A stretch of 64,000 nt of DNA from Spirochaetia bacterium. GTDB taxonomy: Bacteria > Spirochaetota > Spirochaetia > DSM-2461. The position numbers were made by a program, and so were the translations under genes. How positions within the stretch are numbered: the stretch's first letter is position 1; each line of letters starts with the position of its first letter. The notes beneath the pieces were generated by a model that saw nothing but the letters and a program-made list of their open reading frames with translations, had not been told where the DNA came from and made no database searches. The stretch lies in NCBI GenBank assembly GCA_963666985.2, contig CAXXIA010000002.1, positions 2,112,001 to 2,176,000 of the forward strand, written 5' to 3'. Of this stretch, positions 9,318 through 19,220 are shown in pieces.

Positions 9318-11291
9318 ATGCTTCCATCTGTAATTCTTTTTGCCGTAGCTATTTGTGAGTTAATATTTATTATTGTAATAAAAATTGGATTCGGAAAGAA
9401 AGAACGAAGACGCCTTACGATATTGCAGCGGCTCATCAATAATGAGGCTATTGATGAAAACATATTGGAAAATGATTCTCTTCTTCTTCCTTATCTCCGG
9501 ATAATGCAGAAAAAACGGGATTTTGATCGGAAGCTTCAAAATGAAATCAATGCGGCCGAACGGGCCGGCACGCATCTTTCCAGAAACATACAAAAGGCTC
9601 TGATAACATCCACCGATATCAGCAATCAGTCCGCGAAAAACCTGACCATAGCCCAAACTCTCAGAGATAATGTTACCAGCGGATCTTCGGCAATTGAAGA
9701 AATCAATGCTTCTCTTGAGTCTCTCAGCAAACAAACCATGAATCAGCTTTCCGCCGTGGAAACAACATCCGACAGCATGGATCAGATTGATTCGGCGCTC
9801 CGGGAAGTTTCTCAGATCGTGTCGGGCCGAATCGCGGATGCGGATTCCCTGGTGCAAGTGACACACACCGGTAACGACAGAATTACGGAAACCGACAAAA
9901 TCATTCGGGAAACAACGGAAAAAGTTCAAGATGTTACCGGCCTTATTTCCGTAATCAACTCTATCGCATCGAAAACAAATCTGCTTGCCATGAATGCGGC
10001 CATCGAAGCCGCACACGCAGGCGATGCGGGAAGGGGTTTTGCCGTTGTTGCCGAAGAAATCAGGAACCTTGCAACCTCAACCTCGGGAAATGCCCGGATT
10101 ATCGCCGATACCTTGAAGGAATTGGTCGATCAAATTAATAAGGCCGCCGAGAGCAGCCAAGCCGGCGGGCAAGCCTTTCGGGAAATCGACGGCGGCGTTC
10201 ACGCTCTTACCGAATCATTAAAACACATCAATTCCCTCAGTTCTTCGATTTCGGAACAGTCCGGCCAGGTTGCCGATTCCGCCAAGTCTTTAAAGGAAAT
10301 TACAGCCACAACGGCGGAAAGCATGCAGGAAATGACTCTTGGTTCCAAGGAAATACAGGATATATTGACTTCGTCCTTATCCGTTGCCGATACACTGGAT
10401 TCCCGCATGCAGCATCTTACCGGTCAGGCTCAGGCGGTTAATCTGCTTTCGTCGAAAATTACACAGTCTTTTATCCGTTCCAACGAATCTCTGGAAAACC
10501 TTTCCAAAGCCGTCTTGGATAATCGTGATGAATCGTCCCGGAAAACCATCGACAGAATTGATTTGTCCAATGGGATTTTGTCTCATTTAAATACAATATC
10601 ACTGCTCCGCAGTGTTGTTGACGACCGTATTTCTCCGGACGAAGTGATGATTTCAGAAGACCGGGAAAGCAATATTGGGAATTGGCTGAAAGTATACGGA
10701 AAAGAAAGAATCTCGGATAACGGGAAATATAATCATATTCTGGAAGTGTATCGGGAATTCCAAAAGAATGCGGAAAGTCTCCTGGACGCTAAGAAAGCGG
10801 GCCGTTTGGAGAACATCCCTTCCCTCTTCGAGAGTCTGACTGAAGAATCCGACAAGGTGATTGAGATTCTCACGACCGTCGGATTTAATGATTTTATTGC
10901 ATGGAACGCTTCTTTATCGGTTGGTGTAGATAAATTTGACGCCCACCATCGGAAGTTGATCGGATTGATCAACAAGCTGTACCTGAACATGGAAGAAGGT
11001 GCCGGAGTCGACGTGCTCAAGGAAACCCTTTCGGAGCTGGTATCATACACCGATTACCATTTTTCCGCGGAAGAAGAAGCTTTTGCCCAATTCGGATATC
11101 CGCAAACGGAAAGTCATATTGAACAGCATCACAAATTGCTGAAAACGGCGGGAGAATTGAAAAAGGATCTGGATTCCGGACGTTCCGTGCTGACGAATGA
11201 AGTATTGGACTTCCTTCAGGACTGGGTGACCAATCATATTCTGAAGTGTGATACGCAGTATTCGGAGTTCTTCCGGGGAAAAGTTCAATAA
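9318..11291 (+). CDS. Methyl-accepting chemotaxis protein with C-terminal CZB-like and hemerythrin domains
   Basis: [33 protein letters not shown] hairpin tip; hemerythrin ligands H..HFSAEE..HIEQH..HILKCD; RBS AAGGAG before ATG 9318. Confidence 0.93.
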   Translation: MLPSVILFAVAICELIFIIVIKIGFGKKERRRLTILQRLINNEAIDENILENDSLLLPYLRIMQKKRDFDRKLQNEINAAERAGTHLSRNIQKALITSTDISNQSAKNLTIAQTLRDNVTSGSSAIEEINASLESLSKQTMNQLSAVETTSDSMDQIDSALREVSQIVSGRIADADSLVQVTHTGNDRITETDKIIRETTEKVQDVTGLISVINSIASKTNLLAMNAAIEAAHAGDAGRGFAVVAEEIRNLATSTSGNARIIADTLKELVDQINKAAESSQAGGQAFREIDGGVHALTESLKHINSLSSSISEQSGQVADSAKSLKEITATTAESMQEMTLGSKEIQDILTSSLSVADTLDSRMQHLTGQAQAVNLLSSKITQSFIRSNESLENLSKAVLDNRDESSRKTIDRIDLSNGILSHLNTISLLRSVVDDRISPDEVMISEDRESNIGNWLKVYGKERISDNGKYNHILEVYREFQKNAESLLDAKKAGRLENIPSLFESLTEESDKVIEILTTVGFNDFIAWNASLSVGVDKFDAHHRKLIGLINKLYLNMEEGAGVDVLKETLSELVSYTDYHFSAEEEAFAQFGYPQTESHIEQHHKLLKTAGELKKDLDSGRSVLTNEVLDFLQDWVTNHILKCDTQYSEFFRGKVQ

Positions 11292-11411
11292 TTACGAAAT
11301 AGCTTCCATCCGATAGCCGAAATTCCTCGGGACTCGCTTTAGCAGGGCTTTGGATGAAAAATCGCTGATTTTTGAAATCACCTTGCTTGAAAAACGTGAA
11401 TGTGTTATTAG

Positions 11412-11438
11412 TTAGTCGGCTAAATATTAGCCGGACAA
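11412..11438 (+). promoter_or_regulatory. Probable MarR operator pair
   Basis: TTAGTCGGCTAA and TTAGCCGGACAA pseudo-palindromes immediately upstream of the marR RBS. Confidence 0.55.
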
Positions 11439-11452
11439 GAAAAGAGGCGGTT

Positions 11453-11899
11453 GTGTCGTTCGATAACGAAGAGAAAGAAATCAGCATTGAGTCTCTGATC
11501 GGAGACATTTGCCGATACCATCACGGACAGCATCGGGAGGCTTTTCATTCCCTGGGGCTTCATCATGGGCAGCATCGGCTGCTGTTCCAATTGTGGAAGC
11601 ATGAAGGACTTACGCAAAGCGAGCTGGCGGCGAAGATGGAAATCCAGCCCGCCACGCTTACACGGATGGTTCAGAGAATGGAACGTGCCGGTTTTCTAAG
11701 CCGCAGGGCCGATGAACATGATGAACGGATTTCCCGGGTTTATCTAACCGAGCGGGCTCGCCGGATTAAAACCGAAGTGAAGGATCGGAGAATTCGTCTC
11801 AGTGAACGGGCCGTGAAGGATTTCAGTCCCGAAGAGAAGGAAATCCTGACGAATCTTCTTATTCGGCTGCGGGAGAATATGATTGGAAAGGATCGCTGA
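11453..11899 (+). CDS. MarR family transcriptional regulator
   Basis: LTQSELA...PATLTRMVQRMERAGFLSRRADEHDERISRVYLT; likely GTG start at 11453 after GAGG. Confidence 0.92.
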   Translation: MSFDNEEKEISIESLIGDICRYHHGQHREAFHSLGLHHGQHRLLFQLWKHEGLTQSELAAKMEIQPATLTRMVQRMERAGFLSRRADEHDERISRVYLTERARRIKTEVKDRRIRLSERAVKDFSPEEKEILTNLLIRLRENMIGKDR

Positions 11900-11902
11900 T
11901 TG

Positions 11903-13648
11903 ATGAAATCCATTTTGCGTCTGATGCGCTATTTGAAGCCTTATCTGTTCGCGGCCATCGCGGCACCGCTGCTGATGCTCGTTGAAGTCGGCGGGGATTT
12001 GGCGCAGCCTCAGTTTATAAAACAGATTATCGATGCGGGTATTGCCGGCGGAGATCTGAGTTATATTGTCTCCACATCCGTCAAGATGATTATCGTTACC
12101 TTGCTCGGCGCCGCGGGCGGACTCGGAAGCACGTATTTTGCCTCTCACGCGGCTTTGAAGATGGGCGCGGATGTGCGGGGTGCTCTGTTTCGGAAAGTGA
12201 TGAGTCTTTCCTTCGGGAATTTCGACAGACTGAAAACCGGGGGACTGATTACCCGGCTGACCAACGACGTGGTGCAGATTCAGGAATTGGTAATGCTGGT
12301 TCTGCGCAGCATGATCCGTTCTCCCTTCATGCTCTTAGGCAGCATCGTGATGGCCGTTATTACGAGCCTGCGGCTTTCGACGATTCCCGCGGTGGTACTG
12401 CCCGTTCTGGGGTTCTTCATCTATTTCATCATTAAGAAATCCTATCCGGTTTTCCGGAATCTTCAGAACGGTGTTGACGAGGTTAATACGGTTATTCAGG
12501 AAAATCTGGCCGGGGTGCGGGTTGTAAAGGCTTTCGTTCGTTCCGATTACGAAGAAGGGCGTTTCGATGAGGTGAACGGCAATCTTATGAACCGTTCCAT
12601 AACGGCGATGAGATTGATTGCGGCCTTGATGCCGATAACGATGCTGGTTGTGAATCTGGGAATTGTGGCGATTATCCTTTACGGAGGCATCGGCGCGACC
12701 GAAGGAATGGTGAGTGTCGGAAGTCTGGTGGCCTTTGTGAATTATCTGATTCGGAGCCGCATGGCCGTGGCGATGACGGCCATGCTCCTTACACGGCTTT
12801 CGCGGGCCATGGCTTCCGCCGAACGGGTGGAAGAAGTTTTGAATGAAGCGGCTGAAATCCGGCCGCCCGAGAACCCCGAGAGACCGGATCGGCTTCGGGG
12901 AGAGATTTGTTTCGAGAATGTTTCCTTCAGCTATGGGGGGAACGGCGGAGATGCGATTTTGAAGGATGTTTCCTTTCGGATCGCACCGGGAGAAACCGTT
13001 GCCGTTCTCGGTCCTACCGGGAGCGGAAAGACGAGTCTTATTAACCTGATTCCCCGTTATTACGATGTGGATTCGGGGCGGATAACCCTGGACGGTTCCG
13101 ATGTTAGAAATCTGGATATACGGATGCTGAGGAGCCGTGTTATGACGGCGCTCCAGAATCCTGTTCTTTTCAGCGGCAGCATCGCCGAGAACATCAAGTA
13201 CGGAAAGCCGGATGCCTCGGGCAAAGATATGGAGGAATGCGCCGCCGATGCCCAAGCCGCGGATTTTATTCGGGAAACGGCCGACACTTATGAAAGTCTT
13301 ATCGGTCAGAGGGGCGTGAATCTCAGCGGGGGGCAGAAACAGCGGGTGGCCATCGCCCGAGCTCTTCTGCCGAATCCCGATATTTTGATTCTTGACGACT
13401 GCACGAGTGCGGTTGATGTTCGTACCGAAGGGAATATTCAGGATGCTCTTGAGAAAAGGCGAAAAGGGAAGACCACCATCATCGTGGCCCAGCGCATCAG
13501 CACCGTTCTTCTGGCCGACCGAATCTTGGTTTTGGAGGACGGAAGACTCAGCGCCGAGGGCAGTCACGAAGAACTGATGGCTTCAAGCGATCTCTACAGG
13601 GATATTTTCCGCAGTCAATTGGGAGAAGAGGAGACCGGCAATGGCTGA
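11903..13648 (+). CDS. ABC exporter, fused permease/ATPase (heterodimer subunit 1)
   Basis: TM domain + GPTGSGKT, LSGGQKQR, degenerate Walker B ILDDC and AQR. Confidence 0.95.
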   Translation: MKSILRLMRYLKPYLFAAIAAPLLMLVEVGGDLAQPQFIKQIIDAGIAGGDLSYIVSTSVKMIIVTLLGAAGGLGSTYFASHAALKMGADVRGALFRKVMSLSFGNFDRLKTGGLITRLTNDVVQIQELVMLVLRSMIRSPFMLLGSIVMAVITSLRLSTIPAVVLPVLGFFIYFIIKKSYPVFRNLQNGVDEVNTVIQENLAGVRVVKAFVRSDYEEGRFDEVNGNLMNRSITAMRLIAALMPITMLVVNLGIVAIILYGGIGATEGMVSVGSLVAFVNYLIRSRMAVAMTAMLLTRLSRAMASAERVEEVLNEAAEIRPPENPERPDRLRGEICFENVSFSYGGNGGDAILKDVSFRIAPGETVAVLGPTGSGKTSLINLIPRYYDVDSGRITLDGSDVRNLDIRMLRSRVMTALQNPVLFSGSIAENIKYGKPDASGKDMEECAADAQAADFIRETADTYESLIGQRGVNLSGGQKQRVAIARALLPNPDILILDDCTSAVDVRTEGNIQDALEKRRKGKTTIIVAQRISTVLLADRILVLEDGRLSAEGSHEELMASSDLYRDIFRSQLGEEETGNG

Positions 13649-15485
13649 TGCTTCGAGACAAAGAACATCTTCTCCGGGCCCCATGCCGGGAATGCACGGA
13701 CCGGGCCGCGGACCGGGCGCGATGATAGGCCGGGGCGTGAAGGCGAAGAACGCCCGCGGCGCCGCTCTGCGCTTATGGGGCTATATCAGTTCCAACCGCA
13801 TCGGACTTTTTTGGGTTATTGTTTCGGTAACGATTTCCACGGGATTGACGGTTTTGGGACCCTACCTCATGGGGCGTGCCATCGATGTTTACATCATGGC
13901 CGGAGACAGGCCCGGTATCGTGAAGGTTTCTCTCATTCTGCTTCTGGTGTATATCGGAGCCTCAATCTTTACCTGGCTTGAGATAATCATCATGGTCGGG
14001 ATTACCCAGCCTGCGCTGAAGAAAATCCGGAGTGAGCTTTTCACTCGTCTTCAGGGGCTCTCACTTCGTTTTTTCGATACGAATCCCCATGGCGATTTGA
14101 TGAGCCGATTCACGAATGACGTGGAGAATATCAGTAATGTGATGACTCAAAGCGTTACCCAGCTTATCTCCAGCGTTCTTACCATCATCGGAACGGCTTC
14201 CATGATGCTGGCGCTGAATCCGAAATTCGCGGCGGTTACACTGGTTATGCTTCCGGTGATGGTCTTCTTTACGAAAATCATCGCCGGAATGTCCAAAAAG
14301 TGGTACCGCCGTCAGCAGAAGAACTTGGGGGAGCTTAACGGGTTTATCGAAGAGTCGATCGGGGGAGCCAAGGTTGTTAAAGCCTACGGCCGCGAAGAAG
14401 ATATGATTTCCCGATTCGAGAAGGTTAACCGCGCTTATCGGGATGCGGGAATACGGGCATCGATTGTCTCGGGTGTTATGGGACCGATGTCCAATGCCGT
14501 TTCGAACGCTTCGTACGCTCTTATCGCTTTTATCGGCGGATATTTGGTTCTGAAGGGACAAACGACGGTCGGTATTGTTGTAACGTTCATCAATTACACC
14601 CGGCAGTTCAGCCATCCGCTGAACATGATCGCCGGTCTCTACACCTCTTTACAGTCGGCTTTGGCCGGCGCCGAACGAGTGTTCCAAACGCTCGATGAAA
14701 AACCGGAAGTTCAGGATAAAGAGAACGCTGTTAATCTTGACGCTCCGCGGGGTCATGTTGTTTTCAAAAACGTCACCTTCTCCTACACCCCCGGCGTCCC
14801 GGTATTGAAAGACGTGAATTTTGAAACCGAAGCGGGACGGACTTTCGCTCTTGTGGGGCCCACCGGCGCCGGGAAAACCACCATCGTCAATCTGCTCACC
14901 CGTTTTTACGATATCGACGAGGGTTCGATTCTGCTCGACGGCCGGGACATTCGGGAGTACACGCAGGATTCCCTCCGCCGGAGATTGGGCATTGTTCTTC
15001 AAGACACCTATCTTTTTTCCGGAACCGTCGCCGACAATATCCGTTACGGCCGATTGGATGCGAGTGATGAGGAAATTCGCCGGGCGGCCGAACTGGCCAA
15101 CGCGCACACGTTTATTCATCGATTCCCCCACGGATACGACACTCTCCTCGGGGAATCCGCGGGGAACTTAAGCGAGGGGCAGCGGCAGCTTTTGGCCATC
15201 GCCCGCGCGGTTTTGGCCGATCCGGCGGTTTTGATTCTCGACGAGGCCACCAGCAGCGTGGATACCCGGACGGAGAAGCACATTCAGGAAGCCATGCTGC
15301 GGCTGATGGAAGGACGGACCAGTTTCGTTATTGCCCACAGACTGAGCACCATCCGGGACGCGGATGAGATTCTCGTTATCGACGGCGGCCGCATCGTCGA
15401 GCGGGGAACCCATGAAAGCCTGCTGGAGCGGGCCGGTTTCTATGCCGAAATGTATCGGAGTCAGTTCCGGGGGATAGCAGGATAA
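13641..15485 (+). CDS. ABC exporter, fused permease/ATPase (heterodimer subunit 2)
   Basis: GPTGAGKT, LSEGQRQ, ILDEATS, AHRLST. Confidence 0.95.
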   Translation: MADASRQRTSSPGPMPGMHGPGRGPGAMIGRGVKAKNARGAALRLWGYISSNRIGLFWVIVSVTISTGLTVLGPYLMGRAIDVYIMAGDRPGIVKVSLILLLVYIGASIFTWLEIIIMVGITQPALKKIRSELFTRLQGLSLRFFDTNPHGDLMSRFTNDVENISNVMTQSVTQLISSVLTIIGTASMMLALNPKFAAVTLVMLPVMVFFTKIIAGMSKKWYRRQQKNLGELNGFIEESIGGAKVVKAYGREEDMISRFEKVNRAYRDAGIRASIVSGVMGPMSNAVSNASYALIAFIGGYLVLKGQTTVGIVVTFINYTRQFSHPLNMIAGLYTSLQSALAGAERVFQTLDEKPEVQDKENAVNLDAPRGHVVFKNVTFSYTPGVPVLKDVNFETEAGRTFALVGPTGAGKTTIVNLLTRFYDIDEGSILLDGRDIREYTQDSLRRRLGIVLQDTYLFSGTVADNIRYGRLDASDEEIRRAAELANAHTFIHRFPHGYDTLLGESAGNLSEGQRQLLAIARAVLADPAVLILDEATSSVDTRTEKHIQEAMLRLMEGRTSFVIAHRLSTIRDADEILVIDGGRIVERGTHESLLERAGFYAEMYRSQFRGIAG

Positions 15486-15682
15486 CCGCGGAATAGGGGG
15501 ATAAAGGCGGATGCGTTTGGGAAATCCATGCGATTAATCATGCAAGCATAATGCACCTGTTTTAATCTGCATGATTGGCCGCGGCTTATTTTGCTCATGT
15601 TGTAGGCAGTCGATATTCGGATTAATCTACAGAAAAGATGATTCTGTTTTTCAACGGCCATTCCGATTCGTGGAGGTTCAAT

Positions 15683-16186
15683 ATGGAAGGGAAATTGGCT
15701 CGTGAATCCCGAGCGCTTAAGTCCGTAATCATAGGTCCGCCGGATGCCAACAACCTGGGTACCATGTTCGGAGGAAAGGTGCTGGCGTATATAGACGAAA
15801 TCGCCGGACTGTCCGCAATGCGTCATGCCAGAACACCGGTGGTGACGGCCTCCATCGATTCGGTGGATTTCCTTTTTCCCATCAAAATAGGTCAGGCAAT
15901 TTGCCTGAGCGCCTTTGTAACCTGGACCCACAACACCTCCATGGAGGTGTTCGTTAAGGTTGTGGGGGAAGATCTCCGGAGCGGTGAAAAGACGGTCTGT
16001 GCCACGGCCTTCCTGACTCTTGTCGCTCTGGATGATGACGGGAATCAGTTTCAGATTGCGCCTGTTGTTCCGGAAAGCGAATATGAGAAAAAGCTTCATC
16101 AGACGGCTCCGCAGCGGGCGGAACAGCGGAAATACCGCCGCGGTCAGTCAAGAAATATCGCCGATGAGTTCGGTATGATCGAATAG
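15683..16186 (+). CDS. Acyl-CoA thioesterase (hotdog fold)
   Basis: DANNLGTMFGGKVLAYIDE, VVTASID; RBS GGAGG before ATG 15683. Confidence 0.9.
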   Translation: MEGKLARESRALKSVIIGPPDANNLGTMFGGKVLAYIDEIAGLSAMRHARTPVVTASIDSVDFLFPIKIGQAICLSAFVTWTHNTSMEVFVKVVGEDLRSGEKTVCATAFLTLVALDDDGNQFQIAPVVPESEYEKKLHQTAPQRAEQRKYRRGQSRNIADEFGMIE

Positions 16187-16221
16187 AACCGGCGGCTTAA
16201 CCTACTTCAAGGGAGAAATCT

Positions 16222-16881
16222 ACGATTAAATATTCACAAGCCGTTATTTTTGATATGGATGGAGTTCTGGTTGACTCGGAGCCCCAGCATAATGCCGCCG
16301 ATTATCAAACGTTCAAGCAGTTCGGAGTAACCTTAACCGATGAAATCCTGGAAGGTTTTTGCGGGATGGACATTGTTGTTTCTTTTACCCGGATGAAAGA
16401 AAAGTTCGGTATACAGGTTCCTGTGGAAGAACTGATTTCTATGAAGAATGATCTTTTCAAAGCCGAACTTCATCGAAAGATTCCCAAAGTTGATGGATTG
16501 GATGAGATGATTAAGGAGATTTCAGGTTTATCTTTATCCAGGGCTTTGGCGTCTTCATCCGGTAGAGATATTGTCGATACGGTTTTGAACGGCTTACGGC
16601 TTCGGGATTGGTTTGAGGTTACGGTTGCCGGGGATGAAGTTGTTCAAGCCAAACCGAATCCTGCCATATTTCTTAAAGCGGCCGAACTTCTGAAGGTTGA
16701 AGCTTCAAGCTGTGTTGTGATTGAGGATTCGAAAAACGGCGTTTCGGCCGCTAAAGACGCGGGAATGCGTGTTATCGGTTTTCGAAACCCTTCATCCGGT
16801 AATCAGGATCTTTCCAGAGCGGATGTTGTCACGGATTCCTTTCGAACTATCCCGAGGATTATCCGTGGTCTTTTGGAGTAA
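16222..16881 (+). CDS. HAD-family phosphatase (beta-PGM/CbbY-like); start codon uncertain
   Basis: AVIFDMDGVLVDSE motif I begins upstream of ATG 16255; KPNPAIF and IEDS motifs. Confidence 0.85.
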   Translation, partial: TIKYSQAVIFDMDGVLVDSEPQHNAADYQTFKQFGVTLTDEILEGFCGMDIVVSFTRMKEKFGIQVPVEELISMKNDLFKAELHRKIPKVDGLDEMIKEISGLSLSRALASSSGRDIVDTVLNGLRLRDWFEVTVAGDEVVQAKPNPAIFLKAAELLKVEASSCVVIEDSKNGVSAAKDAGMRVIGFRNPSSGNQDLSRADVVTDSFRTIPRIIRGLLE

Positions 16882-17014
16882 GAGGAGATAGGAGTATTGG
16901 AATCTTCTCCTCTAAAATAGAGAACTGGAGTGGAAGAGCCGCGGACCTGACCAGGCGAACGGCAAAGTGCCCTATCTGTACTATGCGATAAATCGGGAAA
17001 TTGGAGAAATAAAC

Positions 17015-17743
17015 TTGAATATAAATGAGAATAAGAGAGCCTGTAAATTAATTTATATGATTAGTGCTTTCTGTGTGTTTTCGGCTTTCATTATTATGCT
17101 TGCTGAAATATTTATCACTGCTTTGCCCGACGGTGCTCGGGTACAGGTGACGGCTAAAGAATTACTTGAAATGTATCATCGTAATTGGTTTATGGGTATG
17201 CGGTACATGGGACTTATGAATATTTTTTCTACCACTGTTATGATTCCCGTTTTCTTATCTATCTACAGCATCCATCGAGAGGAAAATGAAATATTAGCAT
17301 TACTCTCATTAATTGTTTGTTTATTAGGATATGCAATATTCATGTCTGATAATGTTTCTTTTCCATTATTGAATTTAAGCAATAAATATTTCGCTGCAAC
17401 TTTTGAAGGCGAAAAAGCAATTTTAATTTCAGCCGCCGAAGCATTAATCGCAAAAGGATCAAGTCATTCGTCAGGTACCTTCCCCGGATTTTTGCTAAGC
17501 CAAATTGGAAGTATGTTATTTTGTATTTTAATAATTAGTGGAAAGAAGTTTAGAAAGAAAACAGGAATTTTTGGAATTACTGCTTTTTCCTTTTTATTAC
17601 TATTTGAAGTTACCTCTTCATTTATAAGCTCTTTGTATAATCAAGCAATGATTCTTGCCATGATTGGAGGAATCTCTGCATTAACTTGGTATGTTTTTGT
17701 TGGATTTGAATTATTAAGATTCGCAAGAGTTAAAGAGAGATAG
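17015..17743 (+). CDS. Membrane protein, DUF4386-like
   Basis: Multi-TM, AT-rich; TTG start after GGAG; family call by resemblance only. Confidence 0.55.
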   Translation: MNINENKRACKLIYMISAFCVFSAFIIMLAEIFITALPDGARVQVTAKELLEMYHRNWFMGMRYMGLMNIFSTTVMIPVFLSIYSIHREENEILALLSLIVCLLGYAIFMSDNVSFPLLNLSNKYFAATFEGEKAILISAAEALIAKGSSHSSGTFPGFLLSQIGSMLFCILIISGKKFRKKTGIFGITAFSFLLLFEVTSSFISSLYNQAMILAMIGGISALTWYVFVGFELLRFARVKER

Positions 17744-17773
17744 TACACAAACAGCATAAAGGTACACCGGCCG

Positions 17774-18190
17774 TCAAAGATGGTTGGCTGCCCTTATGTG
17801 CACGTACAAGATTTCACTGTAGCGTAATAAATAAGACGCAACAGGTGTGATATCCGTCCATAAATCAAAGATATATGGCTTTCCCTTAAGTGCGATCTCT
17901 AAGTCTGAGGGTACCGCCGGTTCCGGCCAAACTTTGGAAGGTTCAATCTGAAGTTCAACAACATCTCCATGTTCAACAGAGGTAGCTTCAATCAATGATT
18001 GATCGATCTTAAACCAATGACTTCCTTTGCCATCCGGTTCAAGTACGGCAAGAAAAGGTGTTTTATTAAGAGTCCCATTAATCGGCGTGGCTCCACGAGA
18101 AGGAAGTTTTTTGCTTACCGATTCAGGCAATCGTAAAAGAGTCCATATGCCGATCCGTGATATTTTTGTCTCAAAATAAATATTCGACAT
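17774..18190 (-). pseudogene. DUF1905/YdeI-OmpD-like protein, apparently 3'-truncated
   Basis: LPSRG...LEPDGKGSHWF and WPEPAVPSDL motifs; family-like sequence stops at DITPVA (about 17837). Confidence 0.6.
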
Positions 18191-18455
18191 GGTTTATATC
18201 CTCACCGAATCAAGAATGTCTCCTTCTTAAAGTGTAACAAATGTATTGTTCATAAAACAGCTGCCCAAGTATTCCGGCGTCAAAAGGAGTATTTGCTTCA
18301 GGGACTTCATCCGTATTTTACTGTGGCAAAGGCACTTGCGGATACGTTCCCTGAAGATGTATGGTAAAGTGAAGTGGGGACGGGCTTTTTGGCACATGTC
18401 AACACCGACGAAACATTTCCGGATTTCACCGATTTAGTTTTTCCGGTTTTGGGCG

Positions 18456-19220
18456 TCAAAGGAAGTCAACGACTCCCGCTTTCAACCGATCCTTCATTCG
18501 GTACGAGTCTCCTTGAAGACTCAGGATATGAGCATGGTGAAGCAGACGGTCCAGGGTTGCACTGGCAACAGCCTCATCACTCATTATCTCCGCCCATCTG
18601 CCAAATGGCTTGTTCGTCGTAATGATCATACTCCCCTGTTCATACCGGGCATTCACAACCTGGAAGAAAAGATTAGCCTGTTCGGGTGTCAGCTTCTCGT
18701 AACCGACTTCATCGATGAGAAGCAGGTGCGGTTTTCGGAGCCATACCAGCCGACGCTTGAGCCGGTTGTTCTCTCGGGCAAGAACCAGGTTCTCAATGAG
18801 GTCGATGCAGGTGGTATGGTAGGTGGTGAATCCCTCCATGCAGGCCTTGTGCCCCAGGGCCAGCATCAGATGAGATTTTCCCAGGCCGCTGGGACCCATG
18901 AGAATGACGTTCTCCTTTCGCTCGATGAAGGCCAGAGAGGAGAGCTCGTCAAACTGGCGGTTGGTGATACCACCTTTGAGCCACCCCCTGTCGAAGTCTT
19001 CCAGCCTTTTCACTGCCGGCATTCCTGAAAGCTTCAAGCGGCTCTTGGCGCTCCGTTCTTTACGGGGGATGTATTCAAGTTCCATCAAGTCGGCAACGAT
19101 ATCCAGTACCGTCTGTTCCTGCCGGCGGGGTTCTGCCAGGAAGGATTCCAGTCCTGCGGACATGAAACTCATACCCAGCGAATTCATTCTCTCGGTGACG
19201 GTCTCAAGTTTGATATTCAT
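18456..19220 (-). CDS. istB: IS21 helper ATPase IstB
   Basis: GPSGLGKS, LLIDEVGY, ITTNK, LDRLLHH, GDSYR. Confidence 0.95.
   Translation of the reverse strand: MNIKLETVTERMNSLGMSFMSAGLESFLAEPRRQEQTVLDIVADLMELEYIPRKERSAKSRLKLSGMPAVKRLEDFDRGWLKGGITNRQFDELSSLAFIERKENVILMGPSGLGKSHLMLALGHKACMEGFTTYHTTCIDLIENLVLARENNRLKRRLVWLRKPHLLLIDEVGYEKLTPEQANLFFQVVNARYEQGSMIITTNKPFGRWAEIMSDEAVASATLDRLLHHAHILSLQGDSYRMKDRLKAGVVDFL

Noticed and set aside
12335..13567. 410-aa minus-strand ORF
   Set aside because: Antisense to the ABC exporter; no motifs.
18246..18437. Short ORF running into the IS21 end, considered as an interrupted gene
   Set aside because: Rejoining the flanks gave no recognisable protein.
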